Of a stretch of DNA of 54,966 nt, positions 7,427-18,000 are shown one piece after another. A program made the translations under genes and the position numbers. The notes under the pieces were generated by a model. The model was not told the origin of the DNA. It saw only the letters and a program-made list of their open reading frames with translations, and ran no database searches. The DNA lies in IMG/VR virus record IMGVR_UViG_3300003873_000010, positions 1 through 54,966 of that record, one strand, 5' to 3'. Origin of the DNA: a virus (Duplodnaviria > Caudoviricetes). Position 1 is the stretch's first letter. Each line of letters starts with the position of its first letter.

Positions 7427-8130
7427 TTACGATAAAGCCCTCGGTTACAGTGACCGTTGATAACACATATGATGTAACTGCATTGCTGGCGGCGGAGAGC
7501 AACGACCAAGCGACCTATGACCTTTTGTATGCCATCACATCCAACAGCGGTGCGGGGTGGTCATTCGCCGAGTCGAGTGGGTATTACACCGACGCCAACG
7601 GTAACTACACCTACACGCTACAGATTACCGCGACGGGCGGGGCCGGGTCTGTAACCGTGCGTCAGGAGCAGGCGGGTACGAGCTACGGCACTCTCACTGG
7701 TACATATAGCAATTTCCTACTTGTGCTCGCTTCTGGCGGGCTCATACCAGCGGGTACGAGCGCTAACACCCCCGCTACGATAACACCGGTCCCGACCCCA
7801 CCAATGACATATACAAGCACAGCGGGTGTCGACGGCAGTACGATGGTGCCGGGGGAGGTGGCCCCCGTCGTCGTACAGGTGAATGCGCGTTTTACAAGTG
7901 GGGGAGTGGACAAGCATGACGATAAGGCGGTACGTGTGTTCGCTAGCATAAACCAGATTTCAGACCTGAGCAGGTATTATTACGCCGTCTGTAAAGTTTC
8001 TCTTGCATCCTCGTCCCCCGTCGACGGGGTTGTGACAGTCCCTATGAGTGCAATGGGGGCGACTGCGTTCATATTTGACGGCATAACAGCATCGGTTATC
8101 TCCACTGCACTAGATGATGCGGTGGTATAG
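7423..8130 (+). CDS. Putative virion protein, beta-rich
   Basis: GGAGG RBS, ATGA coupling, Thr/Gly/Ser-rich. Confidence 0.6.
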   Translation: MITIKPSVTVTVDNTYDVTALLAAESNDQATYDLLYAITSNSGAGWSFAESSGYYTDANGNYTYTLQITATGGAGSVTVRQEQAGTSYGTLTGTYSNFLLVLASGGLIPAGTSANTPATITPVPTPPMTYTSTAGVDGSTMVPGEVAPVVVQVNARFTSGGVDKHDDKAVRVFASINQISDLSRYYYAVCKVSLASSSPVDGVVTVPMSAMGATAFIFDGITASVISTALDDAVV

Positions 8131-8133
8131 GAT

Positions 8134-9111
8134 ATGACTACTATTAATACCGTAATGGATGTCACTGCCTTAACAGGTGCGAATGTGACAGTGACTGGTA
8201 ATCACGTAGTGGTGTCAGACGACTTGGTCATTCAGAGCGGGGGTGGCCTTATATGTAAGAACGCATCCCTCGTGGTTCTGGGGGCTAGATTTCAGGTTCA
8301 GACGGGAGGTTTTTTGCAGGTTGGGGAGCTAGTCGGAGGGACCCCTCGGAACGGCGCATATGTATACGCGCCCAATTTGAAACTTGCGTACGGGTTCGGG
8401 TCGGACGCCATTGACGCTGGACACGAGTCTGGTAGTGGCAACCTGTTCGTCTACGGGTCCCGTGTGGATGCGTATTGTTTCTGGGCGTTCTTCAACGCAC
8501 AGTCTACGGTAGATATACGTAACTCATCGATTAACGGGTTTGGGCGTGTAGGGGGTACTACCTCGATACTAAGCGATATATCGTTCGACACGGCCAACGG
8601 TAAGTATGGAGTGCTAGCGCCTAAAGGTACCATAGCTAGGATAGAGGCCCTTCGTGTTTCACAGGCCGTCGCTAACAGCGGGTTCGAATGCGGGATGTAT
8701 GTAAACCCCGCATTCGTGTCGTCTATGGAGGTATCAAACGCCTCTATACAGACCCCCCAGTTCGCCTACATAGAGGCTGGAACTGCGGAGGCGAGGTTTG
8801 TAGACTGCGACATCGCATCGTATGATTGTGTTTTCGCCTCTGGGGCGGATGCGACACTTAAGTTGTACAAGACTGTTATCGTAGTCTCTGATAGGGCGCG
8901 TGTTGTACAGGTCGGGTATTCTGGGGGGATAGCCTCCACAGCGGTCCCTGCTGGCGTATCAAAGATTAGGGCCCAGTACGGAGAGATTACAGCCACGAAG
9001 TCGACGGTCGACTCATATGTTACAGTAGCGGGCAATGCAGTATTGATTTCTGGTACAATGGCTATCGCGGTCGGCGGGAACACTATTAAATCATCCCCAA
9101 CATTTGTATAG
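8134..9111 (+). CDS. Putative tail spike (parallel beta-helix-like)
   Basis: Stacked short-strand pattern (LVIQSGGGLIC, FQVQTGGFLQVG, VDIRNSSING). Confidence 0.55.
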   Translation: MTTINTVMDVTALTGANVTVTGNHVVVSDDLVIQSGGGLICKNASLVVLGARFQVQTGGFLQVGELVGGTPRNGAYVYAPNLKLAYGFGSDAIDAGHESGSGNLFVYGSRVDAYCFWAFFNAQSTVDIRNSSINGFGRVGGTTSILSDISFDTANGKYGVLAPKGTIARIEALRVSQAVANSGFECGMYVNPAFVSSMEVSNASIQTPQFAYIEAGTAEARFVDCDIASYDCVFASGADATLKLYKTVIVVSDRARVVQVGYSGGIASTAVPAGVSKIRAQYGEITATKSTVDSYVTVAGNAVLISGTMAIAVGGNTIKSSPTFV

Positions 9112-9122
9112 GAGTATATACT

Positions 9123-9701
9123 ATGGCACAAAAAATAACACAAGGTGACGCATACCGCGTGGTATTAGACACCACCCCAAATGATTTGATTGGCATTGCC
9201 AGCACATTGTTTGTTTCAGTAACCCCCCCGGGCAGTGCGGTGGCGACTAAGGACGCGACTTCGTTTTCAGAGATTACAGAAGCCGCCCCCACTGCCGCGT
9301 TGTCAACCGTCACGCCCGGTGCTGCTGCACCTGCAGGGAGCACTGTTATCTCCGTCGATGCCACCCAAACCCTGGACGCTTCTATGGTAGGTTGCTCGTA
9401 CGAGTTCATAACTTCGACTTTGACGTTCTTCGCTCGTATTATAGCAGTTGACCCTGCAGGCTACACGATGACGCTAGCGGCGCCTACACCTGCGGCAATA
9501 GCTACTACAGACAATATCAGCTACTACGGTGGTACTGGAGTGTATTCTGCAGACATCGCGCTTCCAGACTTGGGGACATACGTCCTAACGGCTAGAGCTA
9601 GCGATAACAGCGTTTCAGTCGGCGCCACCTCTGTAGAGGTTGTAGCCCCGACGTCTGGTGCTCTGACTTCTGAGACCGTTTATGCGCGCTTAGTAGGGTA
9701 A
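9123..9701 (+). CDS. Putative virion protein (Ig-like)
   Basis: AGGAG RBS. GVYSADIALPDLGTYVLTA Ig-type strands. Confidence 0.6.
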   Translation: MAQKITQGDAYRVVLDTTPNDLIGIASTLFVSVTPPGSAVATKDATSFSEITEAAPTAALSTVTPGAAAPAGSTVISVDATQTLDASMVGCSYEFITSTLTFFARIIAVDPAGYTMTLAAPTPAAIATTDNISYYGGTGVYSADIALPDLGTYVLTARASDNSVSVGATSVEVVAPTSGALTSETVYARLVG

Positions 9702-9706
9702 TACCG

Positions 9707-10111
9707 ATGGAGGCTGTTGCAAATACCCCACATCGGGTAGCTGCTGCTGCCTCTTCACAACCCACGCTCACTGTTTTAGATGAGTCGGGGGTTGTGAAGT
9801 CTTCGGAGCTCATGACACCCCTTACGGGGGACTTGTATTTTGTGGATTTGACATTGCCCGTCGGAGTCTACACACTACAGGTTATCCTCAACAGTACCAC
9901 CCATGACGTACAACGTCTCGATGTCCGTGCCCGTACGGTCGACGAGAACGCCGACTTTATACGGCGTTTGTTATCAGGCAATAAGAGTGTAGTGGGCACT
10001 ACACTCATCATATATGATGAGGACGGGGTTACGCCGTTGATTAGCTGGGACTTGTACAACGCGAGCGGGGCCGCAGTGGCAGTCAACCCGGCGGAGGCGC
10101 GCCGTGTTTGA
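9707..10111 (+). CDS. Putative virion protein
   Basis: Operon position. Ig-like N-terminal half and C-terminal LIIYDEDGVTPL motif. Confidence 0.6.
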   Translation: MEAVANTPHRVAAAASSQPTLTVLDESGVVKSSELMTPLTGDLYFVDLTLPVGVYTLQVILNSTTHDVQRLDVRARTVDENADFIRRLLSGNKSVVGTTLIIYDEDGVTPLISWDLYNASGAAVAVNPAEARRV

Positions 10112-10355
10112 TATTACTTTTGGTCTGGCGCACTCCTCGGATGTGGTTCAGCGGAGCATCGTGTATACTGCCCTCCCATTGGAGGCTAAGGTCACTTCAA
10201 CCGGTTTGAGTGCTGTGATTACCGATGCTCGTATTGCAACTACCATAAAATATGGTAAGATAGTGGGAGTTTTGGACACCCCTGTTGTACAAGGGCGAGT
10301 CCGCCCACAGGTACTTAGAGCGAGAGTATACAATGAACAGTCTACAACGGTATAA
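10104..10355 (+). CDS. Hypothetical protein
   Basis: GGAGG RBS before GTG; tiles between its neighbours. Confidence 0.55.
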   Translation: MFDITFGLAHSSDVVQRSIVYTALPLEAKVTSTGLSAVITDARIATTIKYGKIVGVLDTPVVQGRVRPQVLRARVYNEQSTTV

Positions 10356-10647
10356 GCACGACACCTACCCTATCGTGGTAGAGGTTGTCGATGGTAGTGG
10401 AGCTCCCGTGTCCTTGGCCGGAGATAGTGTAGAGTTTCGAGTGCTGGACAATACCGGGGCGACGGTGAATGTACTATCCGTGTCTGTGGTGGATGCGTCT
10501 CGTGGGGTGGCGAATGTAGATTTTTCCACGACCGTGGTCCCTCCGGGGACGTATAGTTATGTGATAGGCCTGCAGGACTCCGCGGGGTTTTATCGTGTTA
10601 TCGATATGGGGCAACTTGTCATACTGGAGGATTTCCATGTCGGATAG
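10333..10647 (+). CDS. BppU-like (baseplate upper N-terminal) domain protein
   Basis: DTYPIVVEVVD..PVSLAG..VEFRV..GTYSY..GQLVILED pattern. Confidence 0.6.
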   Translation: MNSLQRYKHDTYPIVVEVVDGSGAPVSLAGDSVEFRVLDNTGATVNVLSVSVVDASRGVANVDFSTTVVPPGTYSYVIGLQDSAGFYRVIDMGQLVILEDFHVG

Positions 10648-10975
10648 CAACCCTTGTAGCAACGTCATGAACGACCTAAAAATATTGTCGACCCGCTTAG
10701 ACTACATGGCGGAGGAGTTTGCTTCATGCAAAACGCGCGTGGATGCGCTGACTACATATATGAACGACAGTCGCGTGACGGACGTCGAGAAAGCGGCCAA
10801 AGTCGACCGAGAGCTTCGCGACTTATCGGTAGTACTCGAGACTGCGACCGCTGATTTCAGAGGGTTTTCCTCTTTCGCGCGTACGATAGTGCTTCGTGTG
10901 GTTGGGACAATAGTAACCGGCGCCCTTGTAGGTGCTATAGTGTTAGCGGTTAAATTTGGAGGGCTCACTGTATGA
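10637..10975 (+). CDS. Holin/antiholin candidate: coiled coil plus one C-terminal TM
   Basis: GGAGG RBS; coupled to the endolysin by ATGA overlap. Confidence 0.55.
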   Translation: MSDSNPCSNVMNDLKILSTRLDYMAEEFASCKTRVDALTTYMNDSRVTDVEKAAKVDRELRDLSVVLETATADFRGFSSFARTIVLRVVGTIVTGALVGAIVLAVKFGGLTV

Positions 10976-11478
10976 CCTTAAATGATGTGATAAACGATAT
11001 TATAGACGCCGAGGGCGGATTTACCGATAACATAAACGATGCGGGGGGGCCTACTAAATATGGGGTGACCCAAGAGACCCTTTCGGCCTACCGCAAGCAA
11101 GTGGTTTCCGTCGACGATGTTCGACGTTTGAGCCGCTCTGAGGCGTTCACCATTCTCAAGTACCGCTATGTTGTCGACCCTCTTATCGACACACTGCCAT
11201 CACCTCTTATACCCGCCGTCGCGGATTTCTCAGTGAATTCTGGGGCGTCCCAAGCAGTTAAGACGCTTCAGCGTTTGGTAGGGGCCGCCGCGGATGGTAT
11301 AATAGGCGTCGAAACACAGAATGCAGTAAGGTCGGCGTTGGACAGAGAGTCTGCGCAGCGGCTGGTTATAGATTATACTGAGGCGCGGTTAGTGTTTTTG
11401 GCGGCGGTAGTGAAACGTCGGCCAGATAACGTAGCCTTTTTAGGGGGGTGGGTCCGTCGTGTCATGCGCTTCCTCTGA
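10972..11478 (+). CDS. Endolysin, glycoside hydrolase family 108 with PG-binding domain
   Basis: EGGF..D.GGPTKYGVT, DFSVNSG, ADGIIG and FLGGWVRRV motifs. Confidence 0.93.
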   Translation: MTLNDVINDIIDAEGGFTDNINDAGGPTKYGVTQETLSAYRKQVVSVDDVRRLSRSEAFTILKYRYVVDPLIDTLPSPLIPAVADFSVNSGASQAVKTLQRLVGAAADGIIGVETQNAVRSALDRESAQRLVIDYTEARLVFLAAVVKRRPDNVAFLGGWVRRVMRFL

Positions 11479-11689
11479 TATACCGCCTCCATTACGGAAC
11501 ACCCTCATACGCAGCGTGGCGCTGATTGCGTTCGCGGTATCGATGGCGGTATCGATGGCGGCTGCTTTTCATCTGGCTTCAGTACCAGATGGGTTTTATA
11601 GTTTCGCCGGGAGCATAGTGCTCGGGTGGATGTTTGCGAGTAAAGGAGGAGAAGTTGCTACCTACTATCATTCTAAGAATGCTGAGTGA
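11459..11689 (+). CDS. Holin candidate (2 TM)
   Basis: 76 aa, two hydrophobic helices, lies between endolysin and spanin. Confidence 0.6.
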   Translation: MSCASSDIPPPLRNTLIRSVALIAFAVSMAVSMAAAFHLASVPDGFYSFAGSIVLGWMFASKGGEVATYYHSKNAE

Positions 11690-12155
11690 GATGCTCACAC
11701 CAAGAGTCCTCATAGCGATAGTCGCTGCGATTTCTTTGGGGATGGCGATTAGGTTCGTGTATGGTCGGGGATACGAAGCGGGCTATACAGTAGCCACTAA
11801 CATCGACCGCAAGGCCTTAGACACCGTCAGCCATAATTTAGGCCGTGAGGTCGCGAACAATCGCAGGCTTGTCGCTGCGTCCGTCGCATATCAGAAACAG
11901 TTGCACGACGAGATGAGCACCACAATGGACAAAATAAACACACGATTAGGAGTCGCCGATGAGAGATACGATACGTACATGGGCAAAGTTACCCGCCTTA
12001 CTAATGATATTGAGTTTAAGTGTAATCCTCCCCCTAAGCTCTTGCGCGCGCTCCGACGTGCGAACTCCGTCTTGCGTCCCAGAGGTACACATGGTGCCGG
12101 TTCGTACAGTGATACCAACGCCTCCGCGGCTTCGGTGTCCAGCCCCGCCCCTTGA
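11679..12155 (+). CDS. Inner-membrane spanin (Rz-like)
   Basis: N-terminal TM, YGRGYEAGY, coiled coil, C-terminal Cys. Start may be 11691. Confidence 0.75.
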   Translation: MLSEMLTPRVLIAIVAAISLGMAIRFVYGRGYEAGYTVATNIDRKALDTVSHNLGREVANNRRLVAASVAYQKQLHDEMSTTMDKINTRLGVADERYDTYMGKVTRLTNDIEFKCNPPPKLLRALRRANSVLRPRGTHGAGSYSDTNASAASVSSPAP

Positions 12156-12294
12156 GGACCCCGTCGACGGCAAGGCCATAGTCTATAATTACGAGGGGAT
12201 GGCGGGGGCTCTGTACTTGTGTCGAGAGTCCGTGGCGGCGGTAAAGTTATATTTGAAAACGCTGGGGGATAAGCATGGCGAAGCAGACCATTGA
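12004..12294 (+). CDS. Outer-membrane lipoprotein spanin (Rz1-like), overlapped
   Basis: Signal MILSLSVILPLSSC with lipobox LSSC, Pro-rich, in the +1 frame over the i-spanin 3' end. Confidence 0.8.
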   Translation: MILSLSVILPLSSCARSDVRTPSCVPEVHMVPVRTVIPTPPRLRCPAPPLEDPVDGKAIVYNYEGMAGALYLCRESVAAVKLYLKTLGDKHGEADH

Positions 12295-13372
12295 GTTCCT
12301 GCCTCCAGTCGGGGGGGAGAAAGTAGGCTCCCAGACTATAGGGAGTAAGTCTACTAGGGCCTCCGTGGTGGAGGACTTACTATCTCACGGCGATTACGTA
12401 TCCCCTCGTCCCAAAGAGCGTACGCCTTTGTATCAAGGGCTGGATATTACAGGTGTGGTCCCCGCAGGTGATTATATGTTCCTCTGCGATGCCGGAGAAC
12501 TAAAGCGTGTGAGTCTGGCGGGGGAGGTTATTTCCTACGGGTTCATCGGTGTAGGCAGTACGATGGACTACACCAAGCTCAACGACTGGGTATTTTTCAC
12601 AACAGTAAATGGGGTGTTTCGTGTTGGGGCGTCGTTCGTCCCCGAGTCTATCAGCCTGCCGCAGCCCACTGTAACAGTGGGTACAGGGAACTACACCCTT
12701 GCGGTAACAGAGGTTATCGATGGTCTAGAGTCTCCCCCGTTATACATAACAGGTGCAGGTGTTCGAGGTTCTGGGTTTTATAGATTGTTTAAGCGCCATG
12801 CGGACGACGCGGTCTACCGGTTTGTAGGCGCTGGGAGCGACGTGTCAGGCAACGTGGACGACCCTAACGGGGTCATCCTGCAGACAGAAGACGCGGATAC
12901 ACTCCCGGGAGGGCACTTCTTGGAGTATATGGGCGGTAGGCTCGTAGTGGCTGCTGGGGCGATAGTTTATTTGTCGCTCCCATACGCAGTTAATCTTATC
13001 GACGGGGCGTTCGGGGCCATAGAGTTTACAGGACACATTATGTTCATCACACCCCTCGACCCTGCGACCCTTGTAGTAGGGGATAGTCGTGGTGTTTGGA
13101 TACTGCATATCACGGAGGAGTCCCAGTCCCTGCAACAGGTGTCGTATGAGCCCCCACTGTACGGCTCCGCATCCTTGGTGCGAAACACAAAACTGCTGGA
13201 ACACTCCGCCGCCTCTCATGTATGTACATATTTAGACAAGTACGGTAGAATAGTTGTCGATGCGGGAGGGCAAGTAAAGAAAATCCCGCAGAAGATATCA
13301 GGAGCAGGTTTCAGGTCTAGTAATTTTGACTTCGACGGTGTAGAGGGGGTAGTTTCATGGGAGCTCACGTAG
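12275..13372 (+). CDS. Putative tail nozzle/stabilisation-like beta-propeller protein
   Basis: GRLVVAAGAIVYLS, LVVGDSRGVWIL blade-like motifs. Confidence 0.55.
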   Translation: MAKQTIEFLPPVGGEKVGSQTIGSKSTRASVVEDLLSHGDYVSPRPKERTPLYQGLDITGVVPAGDYMFLCDAGELKRVSLAGEVISYGFIGVGSTMDYTKLNDWVFFTTVNGVFRVGASFVPESISLPQPTVTVGTGNYTLAVTEVIDGLESPPLYITGAGVRGSGFYRLFKRHADDAVYRFVGAGSDVSGNVDDPNGVILQTEDADTLPGGHFLEYMGGRLVVAAGAIVYLSLPYAVNLIDGAFGAIEFTGHIMFITPLDPATLVVGDSRGVWILHITEESQSLQQVSYEPPLYGSASLVRNTKLLEHSAASHVCTYLDKYGRIVVDAGGQVKKIPQKISGAGFRSSNFDFDGVEGVVSWELT

Positions 13373-13887
13373 GTGGACATGGTAGCATAGTGCTGAGTGA
13401 TGGCCGTATCGTGGAGGCCCCTAACTTCCTTCTCGACGCGGACGTGCTGACCGACATTCTGGATGCGGGATATTGGAGTAACCGCACCATACAGGATGCG
13501 GAGATGCGTCTCATACCCATAGTAAACATGGATATGTCCACGTCTTCGTACTTCAGTGTTGACCCGAATGTGATTTCGCAGTTTGGAGGCTCTTTAACCG
13601 CACAGATAGACGTGTCTTCTGGGTATCCAGCTGTGGTCCCCACGGTGTCTGGAGCTACGGTAACGTTCACTCAGAGTTGTGTGTCTTTAGTGGCGCAGTC
13701 AATCGTGGGGCTCATAGTGTCGATGGATACGGCCGCTAGCACTGTTGCGGCCTTAGACACGACGAGTTCGGGGGACGGTGCTGGAGGGAGCCCCGACGTT
13801 TTTGCGTATATTACGTTTGCGACTCCTGTTAGCGTTGCGGTAGGGGATGCGTTTAAACTACAATACAAGGTGACATTCGGTGGTTAA
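13357..13887 (+). CDS. Tail-associated protein, paralogue 1
   Basis: C-terminal PVSVAVGDAFKLQYKVTF is shared with the next two genes. Confidence 0.6.
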   Translation: MGAHVGGHGSIVLSDGRIVEAPNFLLDADVLTDILDAGYWSNRTIQDAEMRLIPIVNMDMSTSSYFSVDPNVISQFGGSLTAQIDVSSGYPAVVPTVSGATVTFTQSCVSLVAQSIVGLIVSMDTAASTVAALDTTSSGDGAGGSPDVFAYITFATPVSVAVGDAFKLQYKVTFGG

Positions 13888-14389
13888 GCTAACAGGGACG
13901 TATAAGATTATGCGGGATGGCATAATCCTTCGCGAGGGGAACAACCGGGTGTTCGGAGATAGTATCGCTACTATATTTGGAGCTGCATTCGATGCGAACA
14001 CCCCGGTGGCCTCTACATACACAACGGGGGTTACTTACATGACACTGGTTACGTATAGTGGGTTTTCCCTCCCCCCTACGGGTGCGTTGACCGTCGCAGA
14101 CTTGGCCGGCTTCACTTCGCAGTTTACAGATTTTGATGTCGTGGATGGCTCAGCCCCCAACGGGGAGGAGGAGAGTAGCAGCTCGTCGAGCGTCGCCACC
14201 GGCTCAGTAGACTACTATATGATGCTCGACGCGAGTAACAACACTGCGGACGTGACCGTTGATGGATTTGTTTTATTGCCTGCGACGCTCTCAGATGCTA
14301 AAATCGTGTTGTCTGGTGCAGCCATATCGCCACCACTCACTGTGGCGGTTGGTGATAGGCTGGATTTTTATTACAATATTTCGTTTTAA
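13880..14389 (+). CDS. Tail-associated protein, paralogue 2
   Basis: C-terminal PLTVAVGDRLDFYYNISF. Confidence 0.6.
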   Translation: MVKLTGTYKIMRDGIILREGNNRVFGDSIATIFGAAFDANTPVASTYTTGVTYMTLVTYSGFSLPPTGALTVADLAGFTSQFTDFDVVDGSAPNGEEESSSSSSVATGSVDYYMMLDASNNTADVTVDGFVLLPATLSDAKIVLSGAAISPPLTVAVGDRLDFYYNISF

Positions 14390-14406
14390 TGTCATTGGAG
14401 GCATAT

Positions 14407-15003
14407 ATGTTCAGTAAAGATTTATTAAAGCACGCTCGTTGGGTTCGTCGTATGATTGGCAACAACAAGCATGAGGTTTCAGAGGGTGGTATTGTGTTGC
14501 CCGGTGGAGCTACAGTTAAAGGGGCTTATGTTCACAGTGTCAACGGTGAAGACGAGCGATGGGATAGCAACTTAATCACCGACGAAGGTATCAACTATAT
14601 GTTAGATGCGGCGGTGTTGGGTGGGGCTGCCGCTTTGTCTAGCTGGTACATCGCATTGTGGAGCGCCAACGTCGTACCAAGCGCCACGTCGACCGCCGCC
14701 GACTTCACTAGCACATACAGCGAGATTGTTTCCTCTACCGAGGGTTACTCGGAGGCTTCTCGCCTGTCGTTTGCAGGTACTCGTACCGCTGCGGGTGTCG
14801 TGGACAACTTAGCATCACGTGCTGATTTCACCATCGCTACTGCGAGCAGTGTCGTCATCGCAGGTGCCGCAGTTCTTAGTGACGCCGCGAAAGGGGCTAC
14901 TACTGGTTCGTTACTATCAATTGCCCAGTTCTCACAAGCCCGTACGCAGTATGATGGTGACATCTTCAGCGTTGGTTATAAGCTTATGATTGTTCCGGGC
15001 TAA
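14407..15003 (+). CDS. Tail-associated protein, paralogue 3
   Basis: GGAGG RBS. NLITDEGINYML, WYIAL and C-terminal GDIFSVGYKL. Confidence 0.7.
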   Translation: MFSKDLLKHARWVRRMIGNNKHEVSEGGIVLPGGATVKGAYVHSVNGEDERWDSNLITDEGINYMLDAAVLGGAAALSSWYIALWSANVVPSATSTAADFTSTYSEIVSSTEGYSEASRLSFAGTRTAAGVVDNLASRADFTIATASSVVIAGAAVLSDAAKGATTGSLLSIAQFSQARTQYDGDIFSVGYKLMIVPG

Positions 15004-15012
15004 GGCGCTCAT

Positions 15013-18000
15013 ATGGATACACGCCCTTATCGTGTCGCGGTTGAGGGGGGTGGCACAATAACGCCCCACCTCAAAACGATAGTGCATAAGGTGCGCAAAC
15101 TTATATCTCGTCACCCACGTCACAACGTATGCGACACGCTACACACTCTCGTAGATGGACACCACGTCACCGTACGTCGTGGGGGGCTCATAGATAACAT
15201 ATACATTCTATACACCTCACATCATACTCACGCAGAAGAAGAGTTCTTGCAGGGGTGGTTTTACGGTGTCTGTACGACAAGTGAAATTCTTGGTGGCTAC
15301 AGGAACGACATCACTTTGCTGGACAACAGCTCCTATTTAAATGCCCACACTGATGCAGCTACGCAGGGGCTTTACGCCACCGCGGTAGCTATTATGTTGG
15401 GCAACTTGCCATACCCTCGGCATAGCATAAACGTCTCAGGCCCAGTTCCAAACTCTACAGTGGTGCGCTGGGGTAGGGGTGGTGTGTTTTCGTTTGTAGC
15501 CCAAGGCTTCGCCTCTCTATGTACAGACGCTAGTTCGCAGGTCGTCGACCGCGCCTTATTTGTGCGGGCGTTTAAGAGTAATGCCGCACACGCGTTCGTG
15601 GGAAATGAAATCCCTCCAAGCCTAACGTCCTACCAGATAGGACTCTTGGAGCAGACCGCATTCGACGCTACTATTGAGTATCTCCGGAAACATAAGCAAG
15701 CCGCCGCGGCCGAGGTGGTTGTGGCATCCCTCACCAACCCAGATGTGCACAGTGTATACGGCTACGCGGGACTTAAAAAAGCGATGCCGAACGTGTGGTA
15801 CGGACTCGAATGCGCGCCAGCCTCGTTGCTCGACGAGAATGGGATGTTTGTGTACATGGATAAGATGCCCGTGTCTATGTACCTCGCAACCTACGCTAAT
15901 GTCATCGGATACACCACCCACGCGGACTCGGTTAAGGTCGGGGCGATGGCGGACCTCGCTAGCCTCAAACCGCAGAGTAACCCCCCAGCGCAGAATGGAC
16001 GCAATTCAGACCCGGGGCTTGCAGTGTACCGAATAGTGAAGCGTGATAAGGTTGGCAAAAGCACCACTGTTCGCGTGGCGGTGTCTTTCGTGCCCGCGTA
16101 TGCGTATGACGCTCACCGCACCCCAGCATATGCGTCTTTACAGACATTGGCGGCTATTGTGGCTATACAGCTCCCGCGATACCTGCTTGAGCTGACGATA
16201 GACCCCATACTACGGCTCAACAAGCAGTATCCCACATCGATTGAGTTTGTGAATACCCATACCGTGAGGGATATGTCTCCCTCTACTACGATTAGCAACC
16301 CGATGATGGCGTTCTACCGCGCTATGGTTGACCATGTTAACGACATGCCGTGGTCCGAATATATAGACCGTAGATACCCACTGCTTCGTTTGGAGTTTAG
16401 TTATGGGGTCGACCCGGATGCGACGGGTCTATACGTCAACTCCTTTTACGGGCTGATACGCGCCTCCTTTACGGCGGATGCGGAATACTATTCACCTCCA
16501 TATCGAGGCGGGTACATTCCGATAGACTACAACGCCCTCGCTGACATCGGGGGGTCGTGGATGGCCCCGGTCGCACGCGGCCCCGAGCCGGATAAGTGGG
16601 CGTCCGCGGATGATGTCCGCGCGACAATGGCGGTCACTAAATGCACACTTGAATATAAGAAGTCCGAGCTTGTAGGTATTAAGGATATTACGCTTTCGTG
16701 CGTTGGGGCTATAGGTTTATTCTCTACGGGGCGCGGGGGGCGGATGATGGACGAGTACAATACTCGGAGCTTAAACACTGATACTTGCGTATCTGCCCTC
16801 ACTCCTTTGTCCGCCACCGAGGGGCAGTCTAACACAAAGGCTACACTCTTAAACGTCTCAGGGAACCTACTGACATTTGACGAGTCCGCCACCCAGACGG
16901 TGCCATACTACAACCGCAGGCTATACCGCAACATACTGACAAACGAAATCGTAGACACCTCTGACACTGCAATACGCAACGCCTCCTCTACCCTGCTTCG
17001 TGTTAAGCACGGTACGGTGCGCTCCGGCCTCGATGCGCAGTACCAATTTCGCCTGAGACACAAAACTCTGCTTGGCTCTGACCCGCGGCTCACTCCGATA
17101 GACCACAGGACACAGCTGACTCTCTCGGGGGAGGATGTATTCAATGCGGACGTTACCCACGAGCTGGGGCAGTTGTCCCTTGCGAGCTCGGAGGACTCCG
17201 TGTTTGTGGCGGAGCTCACGTGCGATGTGTCGTCCGACGGGCTCGCGGTTACAGGTGCAACCATACACCATGCCCCACATCGCCCCCTAACTGCCTCGAT
17301 GCCCGCCTTTGTGGGGGTACGGACTAAGTTAAGCCATACACGAACACGTCGGTCTTCAGACCTCAAGGCGCATCCGACGGCTCGTGACTTCTTCAGGATT
17401 GGGTATAGTTATACATCAGAGGTGAAGCTGTCGAACTCGGTCTCTGGCTCATCCTTACGTGCAGCCCCCGGTGGGTGGACCGCCTCCAACGGTTCCCCGT
17501 ATGTGGCGTTCACCAGTGTATTCTCAGGGTTCGAGCCGTGCAGTACGCCTTCTACGCCCCTCAAGGCGACGCACGTGGGTGATACCCACACCGTGAGCCA
17601 CGTACTGCGCACAGATGCGACACTTAGTATTGAGCTTGGTCCTCCTGATGTCCTACAGCCCGAGGTCACGTCTATTAGTTACAGGGCGGTCGGTAAAGAG
17701 AAGCGGGGTACCGGGCACATCGACGATGCAGGGCCTAGACTCAGTCGCGAAACTGGTGTCAGCGTCATAGATATGCTCTACAGGTTGTCGACCCCCCTTA
17801 TATTTGCGTTGCCGAGCGCCGAAACGGCGTATCTGGATGGGCTTATACTACACGTGGATAGTGCCGACGATGCTGCGAAGCTCACAGAGAGAATGCTTAG
17901 GCGTGTACGTAACCTCGCCACGGACGAACCCCTCTCCTCCAACGATGCCTACATTGTCGCTCATACAAAGCGTGGGTTTGTGGATGGGACCTTCAAACCC

